Assembly (NCBI RefSeq): GCF_009914755.1
Contig: NC_060926.1
DNA from: the human T2T-CHM13v2.0 reference genome, Homo sapiens
DNA length: 64,000 bases
Direction: 5' to 3' (one strand)
Both the position numbers and the translations under genes were made by a program. The notes beneath the pieces are model-generated. The model made no database searches, was not told where the DNA came from, and saw nothing but the letters and a program-made list of their open reading frames with translations. Below are positions 1 through 18,689 of this stretch, in pieces. Position 1 is the first letter of the stretch. Each line of letters opens with the position of its first letter.

Positions 1-522
1 GGCGGGCCAGGGGCACCGCGAGAGCGGAGCTGCGTTCTGCTCAGCACAGACCAGGGGGACAACGCGAAGGCAGAGCAGCGTTCTCCTCAGCACGGACCTT
101 GGGGGCACTGCCTCGCTTTGGGACAACTCGGGGCCGCATCGACGGTGAATAAAATCCTTCCTGTTTGCAGCCCTGAATAATCAGGGTCAGAGACCAGTTA
201 GAAGGGTTCAGTGTGGAAAACGGGAAACCAAAAGCCCCTCTGAATCCTGCCCACCGAGGTTCTCCCCAGCCAAGGTGAGGCGGCCGCAGTGCGAGATCCA
301 CACCGCAGCCTCGGAAGACAAATGCAGCATTCCTAATGCAGACATGACACCCAAAATATGACACCCCCATTGCTCATGTAACAAGCACCTGTAGTGCTAA
401 TGCACTGCCTCAATACAAAAACATTAATATAAGATCCACAATCCCCTCGCTGCCGTGCAGTCCTAAGACAGCGATCATAATAATCAACATTGACATAGTC
501 AATACAAACGTAGTAACGAACC
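1..522. repeat. TAR1 telomere-associated repeat (subtelomeric, CpG-rich), continues off the left edge
   Basis: GCGGAGCTGCGTTCTGCTCAGCACAGACC and GCGTTCTCCTCAGCAC units are typical of TAR1; the block sits directly next to a telomere-like array. Confidence 0.85.
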
Positions 523-743
523 TAGGGTTAAGGTTGGTGTTAGGGGTTAAGTTTAGGGTTAGGGGTTGGAGATAGGGGTTGGGGTCAGAGTTAGGGGTTA
601 GGAGTCAACATTTAGAGTTAGGGGTTAAGAGAGGTTGGGGGTTAGGGATTAGGGGTTAGGGTTGGGTTAGGGGGAGGGTGAGAGTTGTGGTTAGGGGTTA
701 GGGTTAGGGATTAGGGTTAAGGTTAGGGGTCAGGGTCAGGGGT
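523..743 (+). repeat. Degenerate interstitial telomeric array (TTAGGG/TTGGGG/TCAGGG variants)
   Basis: Seen directly: TAGGGTTAAGG...TTAGGGGTTAGGGTTAGGGATTAGGG...TCAGGGTCAGGGG over about 220 bp. Confidence 0.95.
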
Positions 744-5640
<4,897 letters not shown>

Positions 5641-8011
5641 CTTAAACATTTGTGAGAATTTCAATATCAGAAATTTATGTGTAATCGAATTTATTCTGGT
5701 AGCCTAAATTCTGGTAGCTTATTTTCTTATATGCTTCAATCTTTATAATTTAGTTCTCACATGAGGGAGATCTAATATTGGAAATACTTTCAATCTGTAT
5801 GTTTATGTATTTATTCTAGTTGTCCTGGCACAAGGTTATCAATGTTGCTGCATGACCAGCCATTGGCTTTTCACATTTACAACTCCTCTGAATTTTTTCT
5901 TGCCTCATTTCTGGTGCTGGGAAATTCTGATATTTTCTCCTCATCTCCATTGTACATTTTAGGGATTCTTGAAACTTGTGATGCACAAACATCCACACCT
6001 TCCACATAAGTAAAATATTTTACTTAGATATTTTCTAGCAGACACTGAGTTCTCATGAGAAATCCTCAGTCTCTTTATTTGGAACACCCCCACCCCAGTA
6101 TTCCATATGGAGTAGTTATGTGTAGAATGTGATTACTTCATTAATATATCGAAGTATGGGTACATTTTGAACACATTTGTGAACTTGTAATCCCTTTCTT
6201 GATGAATAGTACCTGCGGATGAGCAGAATTGATATTTTCTCTGGAGCAGTAAGTTAGCACTGGTAGAATCTGTTCTGTAATCCCAGGTCCCTGGGCTCCA
6301 GTGTCAATGCTTCCTCCTTAGATCCTCCCTGACCCTGTAAATTTACCTCAGTCTCTATTTCTTAATCCAATAGCTATTTCAATTGATCTTCAATTACTTT
6401 GCATGTGGCCAGATATTATTTATGGGTTATATTCTAATTCACATTTTTCTGATGTAATTTCAGAGAGCCTAGAAAATATAATAAACTCCTTCTGACAGGT
6501 ACTTGAGCCTCAGTATTTCAACATGAACAAATGCAGCATCTATTCCCTATCATGAGCACTCTAAATGGCAGTTGAGTGTTTATATCAAAAAAAAGTCAGG
6601 AATCATAATCATTTAGAGATAAAAGAGATCCCAGATCTGAAAAGTCAGCTAGCTTAGGAGTTTCAAGACTTTAGGATTTCACAAATCAATAAAATTAAAA
6701 AGAAAAAAATGTAAGGTTTAACATAGAGATATCACTTAAACAATGACTACTATTTTGATAAAAGGACATTCAACGGTAAAGGTGTGGGAAATATAACCTC
6801 AGAGATGAAAATGTAATAGCTTGGGCCAAGCTCATTAAGTGTCCTTATTTTTGTGTTTCCACCATGGATGGCTGACACTGTCACCTCTGGCATGAGTCCA
6901 CATCAGCACCCTGGAAATGCCTCCTATAGGGTAATCCTGCAGAAGGCACTAGCAACCCCAGACTCGGGCAGACAGCTGGCTAGACAGTGCTGCTGGGAGA
7001 GTACTGCCTCTCAAAACCCGTCTCTCTGTACCAGCTGCCCAGTGTTTCTGTTTCTGCCTACTTGGAGGAACAAAAGCAATCCTGCTCCTCTCCCCAGAGA
7101 CAGGTAATTATGCCGCATTTTCTTTCCTGTTTCTTACATGACAAGCACTCAAAACTTGTCACTCTTTTGGTTCTCTCCAGTGCCCTCCAAACAGTCCATG
7201 TTCAAGCCAAAGAGGAATCACTTCTGCTTACCATGTTAACTTTTAAAATAGTTAACTGCAGCCTGCATTATGAGGATAGCATGCCAGCATAAGGAAGTTA
7301 GCATCATCTAGAGTGACCACAGAAGCTGCATCTGTCCGTGTGACTGGACACTGTATATGTCCAGATCTCTGCAAGGAAGAGTCATGTCGTACTTTAGAGT
7401 ATGACTGAGTCACAGTCAGAGGGAAGTGATTCCCACAAGCAGCTCCCAGCCAGTAACTGAGCTTGGCAGGGATACTGAGGCAGGCCCCTTCCTGGGAGAA
7501 ATGGGACTCCAGAAGTCCTGGACCCTCTCTACTTCTTTTTATACCTGCTTACAATTTAGCCAATTCTTTTCTGAGCTCATCTCTTTCTTACAGTAGTGAC
7601 CAAGGGATGTTACTAACGTTCAGTTTCCCCATCTTTTCACCTTAAGCTTCAAGTTCCTTCAGCACATCATCCGCCCTTCAAGTTATTCCTACAACAGCTT
7701 TACCAAATATTTCACCACTGCATAACATAGATTACCATCTTTCCAACCCTCAGTAACGGTTCTCTTGCTGACTGCCATCTGGCCCTAGAGCCACATATTT
7801 TAGGGTTTGTGTTTTGGCTGCTCCCCACTCCTGGTACCATAACACCATCTATCAAATCTACCTGTAGATCATGAAATTAAATAGGGCTTCACCAAAACTG
7901 CTATGGAGGTGGGGAGAGGGACAATTGGAGTGGAGCTCAGAAAGCTGCACTTGCAGAGTCATTTATGTAAGACTGTGAGTGTGCTGCTGGTCCACATCAG
8001 AGGATGGGGAC

Positions 8012-8392
8012 TACCATGGTCTGAATGTCTGTGTCTCTCCAAATTTCATATGTGGAAACTTAATCAAGGTGATAGTTTTAAGAGGTGGGGCATTTAGGAG
8101 CTGATTAAGGCATTTGGACAGAGCCCTTCTGAATGGGATTAATGACCTTATAAAAGAAATGAAGATGAACAAATGACCCCTTCCACCACATGAGGACATA
8201 GCAAGAAGGCACCATCTTAAAGCAGAGAGCAAGCCCTCACCAAGACACTGAATCTGCAGATGCCTTGATCTTAGACTTCCCAGCCTCTGAAACTGCAAAA
8301 AAAAAAAATAATAATAAATAAATAAACTTCTGTTGTTTATAAATTACCCAATCTAAGGTATTTTGTTTTAGCGGCTCAAAGGAACTAAGACA
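8012..8392 (+). mobile_element. MaLR solo LTR (MST/MLT1A-like)
   Basis: Starts ..ATGGTCTGAATGTCTGTGTCTCTCCAAATTTCATATGT; contains AATAAA(C)TTCTGTTGTTTATAAATTACCCA; ends ACTAAGACA. Confidence 0.8.
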
Positions 8393-9753
8393 AAGGTCAT
8401 GGAGACCATAGGGTGAGTCTCAAGACTTCCCCCAGCTCTACTTGGCTGGTCTCCTGCTGGTATTTTCCGTCTGTAGAGAGGAAAAAGAACTCCCATTTTA
8501 ACTTGCTTACCTGCACTTATGAAAAGTCAAACTGAGTCATGTTGAGAGCCAGGGAACATAGGAGTCGGTTCTTCAGCAGGAGCACTCAGCTAGTTGAAGG
8601 CAATGTGGAGTGATGGGAAGAGAGCAGTGATGCAGTGATGCTGCCATCAACTCCTTTACTATGGAATCCATTGTACCAGCTGCCATACACCTGGCTACTT
8701 CTACACCTTATCTCTAATCACTCCAGAATACGTATTAGTTTCCCCATCTTCTAGAAAGGAAAACTCAGACCCAGAGACACTAAGCAAGTAGCTCAAGATC
8801 ACACACATTATCTGTGATTAAGCCTCAGTTAGAACTGGAGTCTTGGATTTCCACATTTATGCCCTTTTCATGAAGCTACCTAACTTTGATCCTCAAGTTT
8901 TCCCATCTATAGCATGTGACTGCTGGACTAGAAATCTCTAAGTCCCCTTTACCTCTTGAATTCTGTGTCTCTAAGGATGAGAATAACAAAACTCCTTTGC
9001 CTCTAGCACTTTCCACCTCAAAGCCCTATCACTCTCATTACATCTAATCACTGCAGCCAGAAGCATTAAATAAAATGGAAGGACTGACATTGGGAGTGGG
9101 CGAGGCAGAGAAGTTGGGGGCGTGGAGAAACAGCTCTTTTTACATAATGATTGCTACTATGATTTGGTTATAAATAACCAGTGAAGACAATCAGGCTTTT
9201 CTGGCAGTCCCTAATTGTAGTGAATGTTGGAATACAGTGACCACCCAAATGCTCTAGACTGATTGGGAAGGTGCCACTTCTAAACCAGCTGGGCTAAGTG
9301 CATTGCATAAGCTGAGTATTTAGCTTAATGATTAGAGCCAGTTGACGAAACACAAGAATATGGAAGCCTCCTGCTACTTCTCAGAAGATAAGACAATGGC
9401 ATTCCAACACCAGTGTTTACTGTGGTACCAAAAGGGAGCTCCAGTTACTTCCCTCTGTGCCTATAACCCTTGGATCACCTGGTTGCACCAGACCCATCCT
9501 GACTAAAATCCCTCCAAAGGACCAAAGAGGAGATATGGACAAAAATAAAAAATAAATCTCATCTGCTCTCTTTCCTAAGGACCCAGCAGCCTCTATCCAT
9601 CCGTCGTTCATTCACTCATTCCACACACTTTCATCTAGCCCCTGCTGAATGCCAAGCACTGGGCTGGAACTCTGGGGACTGTGGAGGTGGAATAGGAGAA
9701 TATGGGCTTCCTGTGAGCAGTGATTGCCTAAAATATATACATCAAGGTTGTAG

Positions 9754-9823
9754 GATCACGTGCACCACTGCACTCTAGCCGGGGTGACAGAGTGAGACCC
9801 TGTTTCAAAAAAATAAAAAAAAA
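9754..9823 (+). mobile_element. Alu 3' fragment
   Basis: CCACTGCACTCTAGCC..GACAGAGTGAGACCCTGTTTC plus an A tail. Confidence 0.8.
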
Positions 9824-10554
9824 TTATAGGATCATGGAGAAAGTGTCTTAAGTGTTTGGTGCTGTGGACAGGCAACACAGGCAGAAACTGGTGGCTAGGG
9901 AATCAGAGAAGTTTTCAGGAGGGAGCATTTGACTTGGGCTTGAACTGAGCATCATAGGGCAATATAGAAACAAGTTTATGGATAATTCACTGAATTGGTG
10001 GCAGTTTATAACTTGAATCTTCCTTCAGATGATTGAAGTTAGTAGCCCAGCTATGAAAGTCTAGGTTACAGATGTCTCAGCCACAGCTTGCATATATATG
10101 GATGAGGTTCATACATATGCAGACTTGGGCTCCTGCCAAGATATGAGAGTTTTGGTCAGTCTCTGTCTCAATTCTAATGTCTCTGCCTACATACTTGAGT
10201 CCAGAGTTGTCATGCAAAGAACAGAACCCTGGAACAATCACACAGGGATTTGGTACTAGGCTTAGCCATTTTCTAGCCATGGGGGCAAAAGAAAATTACT
10301 GAACCTCTCTGAGTCCCAGTTTATTTGTCTATAAAATAGGGATAGTGATACTGGGGTTACAAGGAAATTGTGAGAATTAAAATAGTTCAGGAGAGGTTAA
10401 GTTGTCCTGGGGCCACCTTTGTCATTGCAGTGACCACACTCTGTAGTGAGGGCACCCTTGAGAGCAGACAGCAGAGCTGCTATGTGATTCATCTCTAGAA
10501 TCCATGATTCTTGGAACACTTCCTGAGAGCTATTAGGCATTCAAGAAATGTTAA

Positions 10555-10608
10555 TGGTAGATCATAGTATAATGGTAGATCATAGTATTGTGATAGATCA
10601 TAGTATTG
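10555..10608. repeat. Three copies of an 18-bp unit (TGGTAGATCATAGTATWR)
   Basis: Seen directly at 10555, 10573 and 10591. Confidence 0.9.
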
Positions 10609-11044
10609 TATTATTGTTCAGCAAACATCTGTTTTCCCTCCTTTCAATGGAAGTGGTGTACTTCCCCACCCCACTGACATTGGGCTTAGCCATGTGACTT
10701 GCTTCAGCTAATGGAATGTGAGTGACTCAGTGAATGCCACATCCAAGCAGAGGCGTTAAATATTCCTGCATGGCCTCTGGTGATCCTATCCTCCAGCATG
10801 AGATGAACATGCTTCAGATAGCTGCTGCTACTCCCCTGGATCCTCTTCTGAGAGCCAAGTGAAGCAAATAGGAACCCAATTCACCACCCAGATCCAGGCC
10901 CATCTGAATCTAGCCAGCCCAGAAGAGCCCTGTAGAACCACAGCTGACCTATGGAAATGAGAAGTAAATGTTTGTTGTTGTTAGCATTGAGATTTGGGGA
11001 TTACTTTTTATGTGGCATCATCACAACAAAGCCTGACTAATATA
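10607..11044 (+). mobile_element. MLT1-type MaLR LTR (MLT1I/J-like)
   Basis: GGGCTTAGCCATGTGACTTGCTTCAGCTAATGGAATGTGAG motif; 3' end GTAAATGTTTGTTGTTG..TGACTAATA. Confidence 0.7.
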
Positions 11045-12311
11045 TTGTATAAAGTTAATTGAGTACTAACAACATGCCAGGTATTGTTCTAAGTCCTTTA
11101 TATAAAGAATCCCATCTAATCCTTACAGCACTGCATAAGGAGGTATCATAAGTATCTCCATTCAGCTGATTAGAATTGAGGCATCTGGTCAATCCCCTTC
11201 ATGTTATTCCTCCTCACTTCCTGCATCCGAATGAACCAAGCCTCCTGTGTTCATTAGAACCACAGACCAAGCCTACTGGAGAAAGACAGGGCTGTGAAGA
11301 TGGGAATGAATTGGCAAACAGCTTTGGGATGACAATGTTAAGGCCAGGCAAATGCTCTCAGTAACCTCAAATGAGTGTTGATGTTCATGAAGCCTGCTCA
11401 AAAAAGACACAGAAATTGACGTCTTTTATCTGAGGACCCTTCCTTAGCCTCAGGACTTAAGGCTATGGGAGCATGAGCCACATAACCATGAGAGGCAGGG
11501 GGTTCAGTGAGAAGAATAAGCTCAAGAGTTTCACCTGTGGGTCAGAATCTCAGCTGTGCCACACATACTGTGTGATCTTGAGCAAATCACCAAACCTCTC
11601 TATTCCTCATTTTTGTCACCTGTAAAGTGGGACTATTACTTGTACCTACATCCTGGATTTGTTGGGACAGTAAATGAGTTAGTGTTCCCAAGGTGCTTAA
11701 CACAGAGCCTTTGCATGCAGCAAGCACCCAGTCAATGCCCATGACCATGGCCCCCTGCTCATGCTGCTCTTTAGTTCCCCCTGAGGTCTTTTGGGGACAG
11801 AGAGTGTGAAAATGCCCTCTACCCACACAAGGAAACAGGACTCAGGGACAGAGGACCTGTGCCCTGACCAAGGCAATGCATCCCTCACCATATATGCAGT
11901 GGTGCATCCTTTCCTGTTGCCTTTTGGATCAGCAATTAAGGCTTTAGTCTTTTTTGTTGGTGTGCAAAGGTATTTTCTTAATGGCCCTGCAGCCCAGCCA
12001 TCACAAAAATGCTTTCCAGCTCTCAGGGAGAACATTTCTGATGCATGCTGAATCCAGAATTCAAATGAAGCAAAATAAAGGCACCAGGGGCTCTTACGAG
12101 ACAGAGTGACTCAAAATAGAGGGAATGTGGGGACTTGGGGCATAAGATTGATCATGAATCACCAAATAGAAAAACCTTCGGATGGCTTTCAAGAAGAATC
12201 CTCCTTGAAGTTTTAACTTTCACCTACAAGCAAGTTTTCTCACTGCTCTGTACAGCAGGGTAAGGACAGCAGCCTCACAGCATCAGTCTGAAGATAGAAT
12301 GGGTTAATGCA

Positions 12312-12677
<366 letters not shown>

Positions 12678-13173
12678 TCAGTGTTGGCTATCATCTTTGG
12701 TGATGTTGGTCCCAAACCCAGACCTCTGCTCTTGTCCTCGGCTCATACACCCACCTGTATAGCCCATATGCACTTTAAACATGAGTCCAAAATGGAATCC
12801 AAAATATTAGATGCCCTCGTTGCCACCACCAGGTTTGCTTTCCTCTCAAGCCACTGAGGGATCCACAGAAGCAGAGACCATGATGAGAACCCATCTTTAA
12901 CTCTGGGTCACTAGCACAGGGGCAGAGTAGGCAGTCACTACATCTTCAGAGCTTGTGAGTTTTATTTTGCTTTGTTTTGCAATCTGTCATCCCCACACTC
13001 TTACTATATAAGACAGTGCCTAGCCAGACAAGCATAGGTTTAAATCTCCACCTTGTCACTTCTTAGCTGTGTGACCCTGAGCGACGAGCTTGAGTTTTCT
13101 GAGCCTCAGCACCTTTAGCTGTACAGTGAGAATGAACAGACCCCCTCACAAGGCTGCTATAAAGAATTAACGA

Positions 13174-13478
13174 GGCTGGGCATGGTGGCTCCCACCTGCA
13201 ATCCTAGCACTTGAGGCCGAGGTGGGTGGATCACCTGAAGTCAGGAGTTCGAGACCAGCCTGACCAACATGGTGAAACCCCGTCTCTACTAATAATACAA
13301 AAAATTAGCCGGGCATGGCGGTGGGCACCTGTAATCCCAGCTACTCGGGAGGCTGAGGCAGGAGAATCGCTTGAAACCAAAACCGGGTGGCAGAGAGAGG
13401 TTGCAGTGAGCCAAGATTGCACCATTGCACTCCAGCCTGGGTGACAAGAGTGAAATTCCATCTCAAAAAAAAAAAAAA
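13174..13478 (+). mobile_element. Full-length AluS inserted in a MIR
   Basis: Dimeric Alu; imperfect TSD GAATTAAYGAG. Confidence 0.93.
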
Positions 13479-14547
13479 GGAATTAATGAGATCACTCTGC
13501 ACAAATCCTAATGTGGCATCTGATACAGGGTGAGTTCTAGTAAATGAGCATTTTTTACACTCAAGATGTAAGAGTGATGGTTTCATTATTAGAGATGAGA
13601 GAACCAAATTAATAAACGTTTAATCATGTACTTAAAATCACACAACTGGGACTCATAACCAAGCCCTTTTCTTCCTGGTCTGATGTTCATTCCTTGTTGT
13701 CTGAAATGTCAAATCATTTTACCAGAATAGCAGGGGAGAGAGGGACAGAAAGTTGCTTAAATTATTGATTTTGTTTTAGCAGCCTCTCATCCTGCAAGAG
13801 GGGCTTGCAGTAACAAAGGCCTGGCACCTTTGAGTTTGTTTTTGGTCCATTTTTTAAATCTTCATTCCCTTTAGCTCTTGTTGAAAATGGCTTCCTGCCA
13901 CTTTGCACAGAAAAATCTCTTTCATGAAATACCAAAACCAAACAAAAAACAGGCCTTCGAAATGCTGTTTTGCCTCCTCCTAAGAGCTAACATTTGTCAG
14001 TTGTAAATTAACATTCCTTTCGCTTCTTTCAACAGAAAATCAATCAGGGCCCTAAAATCCCTGCACATCTGTATTTAATCCACAAATAATTCAACAATGT
14101 TCTATCTTAATGGGATATTGTGAGAAAAGCATAAATGTCATCAACTTCTTTTACGTGGAAAGAACAATAGGGCATGAACTTGTTTGTGCTCCTGATGTCC
14201 TTCAGAAATGGATTCCTAAGGACCAGGGGTGTTCTCCCCACCGACGGTCCACAGTGCCACAGCAAGGACAGTCAACTGGGAGTTGGGAGACCTGGACTTC
14301 AGTTCACACCACTTTGCTGGGGTACTTGGGCAAGTCCCTCAGGGCCTCAATTTCTGCATCTGCACAATATGGGGAGTGGTCAACATGATTTCCGAAGTCT
14401 CTAGCCAGATTTCAAATTTGTTTACAGCACACAGAAAATTGCTAAAGAGAAAAAACTATAGTGGCCATTTCTGTTCAGGCTGCAAAATCTTGTGCACTAT
14501 TTACATATTTAGGTATGAACTGTCTCAAAGGGTCTTTCATTTAAAAA

Positions 14548-14762
<215 letters not shown>

Positions 14763-14771
14763 GAGGATGTA

Positions 14772-14860
14772 GGCTACAGCCATATACCCTGAACATGCCC
14801 AATCTCATCTGATCTTGGAAGCTAAAAAGGGTCAGACCTGATTAGTACTTGGATGGGAGA
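14772..14860 (+). pseudogene. RNA5SP: 5S rRNA pseudogene, 3'-truncated
   Basis: GGCTACAGCCATATACCCTGAACATGCCCAATCTCATCTGATCTTGGAAGCTAAAAAGGGTCAGACCTGATTAGTACTTGGATGGGAGA aligns to 5S rRNA nt ~1-90 (GTCTACGGCCATACCACCCTGAACGCGCCCGATCTCGTCTGATCTCGGAAGCTAAGCAGGG...). Most differences are CpG decay. Confidence 0.92.
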
Positions 14861-15143
14861 AAATGAAGGTGGAGATAGTTCTTTGTGAAGACACATGTGT
14901 GTACTTATTTGTGCACTTGTGTGCTTGCAATTGCATCTTGGGCACATGTGTATTGTGGAGGCATCTGTGTGCCTGTGGAGTGTGTATACATAAGTACCTG
15001 ATGTATGTTTGGCTGCAGAGGCACAGAAGGTCAGCAACAGCAGGTGGCTGCATGCAGGGGCACTAATAATTACTCATTTTATACAAACTGTTTAGCAACA
15101 ATGTTAGCTATTCTACTGCTGACTTTACGAACAGAGAAAATGT

Positions 15144-15443
15144 GGCCGGACACCATGGCTCCTACCTGTAATCCTAGCACTTTGTAGGGGCTGAGGCAGA
15201 AGAAGCCCTTGAGCTCAGGAGTTTGAGACCAACCTGGGTGACATAGTGCGACCTAGTCTCTAATAAAAATTAAAAAGAAAAAAAAACTATCCAGGTGTGG
15301 TGGTGCATGCCTATAATCCCAGCTACTTGGGAGGCCGTAGCAGGAGGATCACCAGAGCCCAAGAGTTTCAGACTGCAGTGAACCATGATTGCTCCACTTC
15401 ACTCTAGCCTGGATGACAGAGCAGGACCCTGTCCCCCTGCCAC

Positions 15444-15475
<32 letters not shown>
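15144..15475 (+). mobile_element. AluJ with (GAAAA)n tail
   Basis: Diverged dimeric Alu with J-type motifs (TTGAGCTCAGGAG, GGAGGATCAC). Confidence 0.88.
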
Positions 15476-15476
<1 letters not shown>

Positions 15477-15699
15477 CATAGAATAGAAAACGTCTCCTGG
15501 TTTGCATCCTGGAATAGAGAAATGAGCACAGGCTTTCAAATCAAACAGTAGTGATTCATATCCTGCCCCTGGCACTCACCCAGCATCTCTGAACCTGAAT
15601 ATTTTCATCCAGGTTGACTTAAGGATGAAATGGAAAAAGGTTTACAAAGTACCTGGGGCATAGCAAAGGATTCAATAAATGTTCTCTCCCTTTTCTTCT

Positions 15700-16545
15700 A
15701 TATTAGTTATCTATTGCTAAATAACAAATTAACCCAGAACTTAGCAGCTTAAAACAGCAAGTGTTTTTCTGATAGTGTCTATGAGTCAGGAGCCCAGGCA
15801 AAGCTTCTCTGGGTCTTCTGGCTCACAGTCTCCCAAAGGCTGCAATCAAGGAGTAATATAAGGCTATGGTCTCATCTGAAGGCTCAACTGAGGGATGCTT
15901 CCTTTCCAAGCTCACTCATGTGATTATTAGCAGGTTCAGGTTTTGGCTGGCTCTTGGTCAGACACTCCCCCAGCCTCTGGTTTCTTGCTACTGGGCCTCT
16001 TCATAGAACACCCACAACATGGCTGCTGGCTTCCATCAGAACAAGAAAGCAAGAAAGCAAGAGAGCAAGAGAGGGTGAGCAGGATGGAAGTCATTTTCTT
16101 CTTGTAACTTCTCAGAGGTGCTGTTCATCAGTTTCACCATATTGTGTTTGTTAGGAGCAAGACATTAGGTTCAGCCAAGATATAAGGGAGTGGAGAGGAT
16201 TATACAAGGGCATGAATACCAGGAGACATGGATCACTGGAGGCCATCTTAGGGGCTGCTGGGAAGCCTGTCCTCCAGCCCCCAGTGATTCACATCCTCCA
16301 CCCCATGCAAAATACACTTGTGTCCTGCCAAGATCCCTAAAAATCTCCTCCCCCTTCAGCATCAACTAAAGTTCAGAATCTCATCAAATCAGGTATTGGG
16401 GTGGGGACTTCTTGAGAATGACTAGTCACATGCAGCTCCTAGAGTACAGTTCCTCTCTCTCTGAGAGCCTGTGAAACTAGAGAGACACAGTATCTGCTTC
16501 CATACGCCTAGCATTAAATGGTATAACAGGCATGGGTTAGCTCTA
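15700..16545. mobile_element. MLT1-type MaLR LTR plus adjacent internal fragment
   Basis: TATTAGTTATCTATTGCT..AACAAATT..CTTAGCAGCTTAAAACA terminus; CCCCATGCAAAATACACT is typical of MaLR internal sequence. Confidence 0.7.
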
Positions 16546-17023
16546 TATCTGTCTCCTTTTTCTCTAGATGTTTGATGAGACAAGTATTTTAATTTTGTAT
16601 TCCACTAATTTATTCATTCAACAAATACTTATTAGGTACTGACTATAGACTCTTTATTTATTTTGCATTCCCATTTTGCCAACAAGGAATCTGAGAATCA
16701 GAGGCAAAATATTACAGCTTGGCCCACTGAATTATTTTTTCTTCTCTGAAAGGACCTCTAGGGTTCTCCATCAATGAGGACTTTCTAGTCACAGCTGCAG
16801 TGAGGTTTGAGTTTAGCTGATTAGACCATCAACCACAAAGACTATACATTCAAATACTTTTATGTGGCAGAATATCTAAGAATAATTCAAGCTAATAAAA
16901 GATCTAGAGAATAATTAGATATATTCATTGTTAATAAGAGCCCATTTAATATTGTAGCAAAGGCAAGATCAGGGCAGGATCAAGGCAGAGAATTTTCAAA
17001 CATGCCTAATGATAGTGTAGACT

Positions 17024-17195
17024 AATGGTGTTTTTCAATTGTGGCTATATACATTCTAACACATTCAATTTTTTTAAAAAAGTGAAGCTTAGGTCCTATT
17101 CCTTAGAAATTCAGATTTAACTAATTTGGAGTGGGCCCCAGACATCAATATTTTAACTTTCAAGTGGTTCTAGGACAGACAGGTTTAGGGGCTGT
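17024..17195. mobile_element. MER5-like hAT DNA transposon fragment
   Basis: AGAAATTCAGATTTAACTAATTTGGAGTGGGCCCCAGACATCAATATTTTAAC resembles the MER5 core. Confidence 0.55.
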
Positions 17196-18689
17196 GGAGA
17201 GACACAGAATGGCAAGTACTTAGAACATTCACACATCCCCCCACCTCCCAAGCTCCTAATAGAAATCATTTATTAACCAGTCCCCTCAATGTCATTGGTT
17301 GGAATGCAATTGTGTAGTCTTTCTCATCCCAGGACTCCAGGCAGCCCCTACCCATGAAGCCAAGTTGACATATGAATGAAGGCATATGTGTTAGCCCTGA
17401 CAAGCCACACTGGGCATGCTTTCCCAAACCTACAAATTATCAAGGGTGTAGAAAAATAGAGCCCTCTCCATGCTGAGCAGATCTCACTCATGTAGACAAC
17501 TGAGGTCTAATTACCCATTGGAAAGGGCCATTGGAAGAGCACAGGAAAAGGTCCAAGATGGAGAGGGAATTTACAGCCAAGTCTGATAATGGTTTCAGAA
17601 CCTCAAAATACTTCACCTGGAGAGGATCCATGGGCAATATACACGAAGGAGCTCTCCTCTTCCTGAGTCCCTCCAAAGAGTTGTGTAAAGCCCAAAAGGG
17701 GGGCTCTCCAGGAGTAGATGCTCTTCAAATCCCACTTCTATCCCTTACTAGAAGTATAACCTGGCTTGCTATTGAGCCTCTCTCAGCCTCCTTTTCCAAA
17801 TGAGGACAATGGTGCCTATGTCACAAGAATATTGCAGTGATTCCATGAGAAGATGTATACAAAGCACCTTGCCCAATATATAGTCAACAAATGCTGGTTG
17901 TCACCTTTATTCTGTCAGTGTTGGTGGAGTGCTGGTACTCATAGTTCACTAAGAGGTTTTAGGACAGCAATGATCTTAGAAGAGAATCAGATCAAAGTTC
18001 TGAGTGTTTTCCCTGGAACTGGCATTGTATTATTAATATCCTACAAATGGGAGACATGTATCCCCTGGTCTCATACCTGGAATATCAAAATGGTACTTCA
18101 TTAACAGTGTCAAAGCAAAAGTCTGATGGCTCTGCCTGCTCTTGTGAGTAGGGGTACTCATATTCCCTTTAAGCCCTTCCCCCAAATTGGCCTAGAGGTC
18201 CAGGGGGTTCCACATGGGCTCAACATTCTCTGATTAACTCTCCCCTCATATCAACAACTTCCTCCTATCAAGCTTGACATCTTGTCCTATTTCTTCCTAT
18301 TCTAGGTGTAGGCAAGTCTAGTTTGCTCTTCAGCTACTCTATCCCTCTCCTGCATATTGACTCTTGAATTCTTGATCCCTAGTAGCTTCTCACACAGTCT
18401 GTAAAATGGAGCATGGAACCACTACATAGAAACAGGAAGGTTCTGCCCTGTACTCTCAGCTCTTAAGGGCACAGTCACAAGAAGACCATTTTTAAATTCT
18501 CATTGTGTAACACCCTTACACATTCCACATGCATCATAGCACATAACTCTGACAATAAACTACAAGGTAAGCAACTAATTATTCCCTTTTTAATATTTTT
18601 TAAACCTAGGAAGGTAACTTAATCTCTTTGACTTCCAGTTCTCATGAACTAGAACATTAGAGAATCAAGATTTGAACCAGAGGTGATGG

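Noticed and set aside
10555-10608. Short direct repeats as a CRISPR-like array
   Set aside because: A plain three-copy tandem repeat with no spacers, in a mammalian context.
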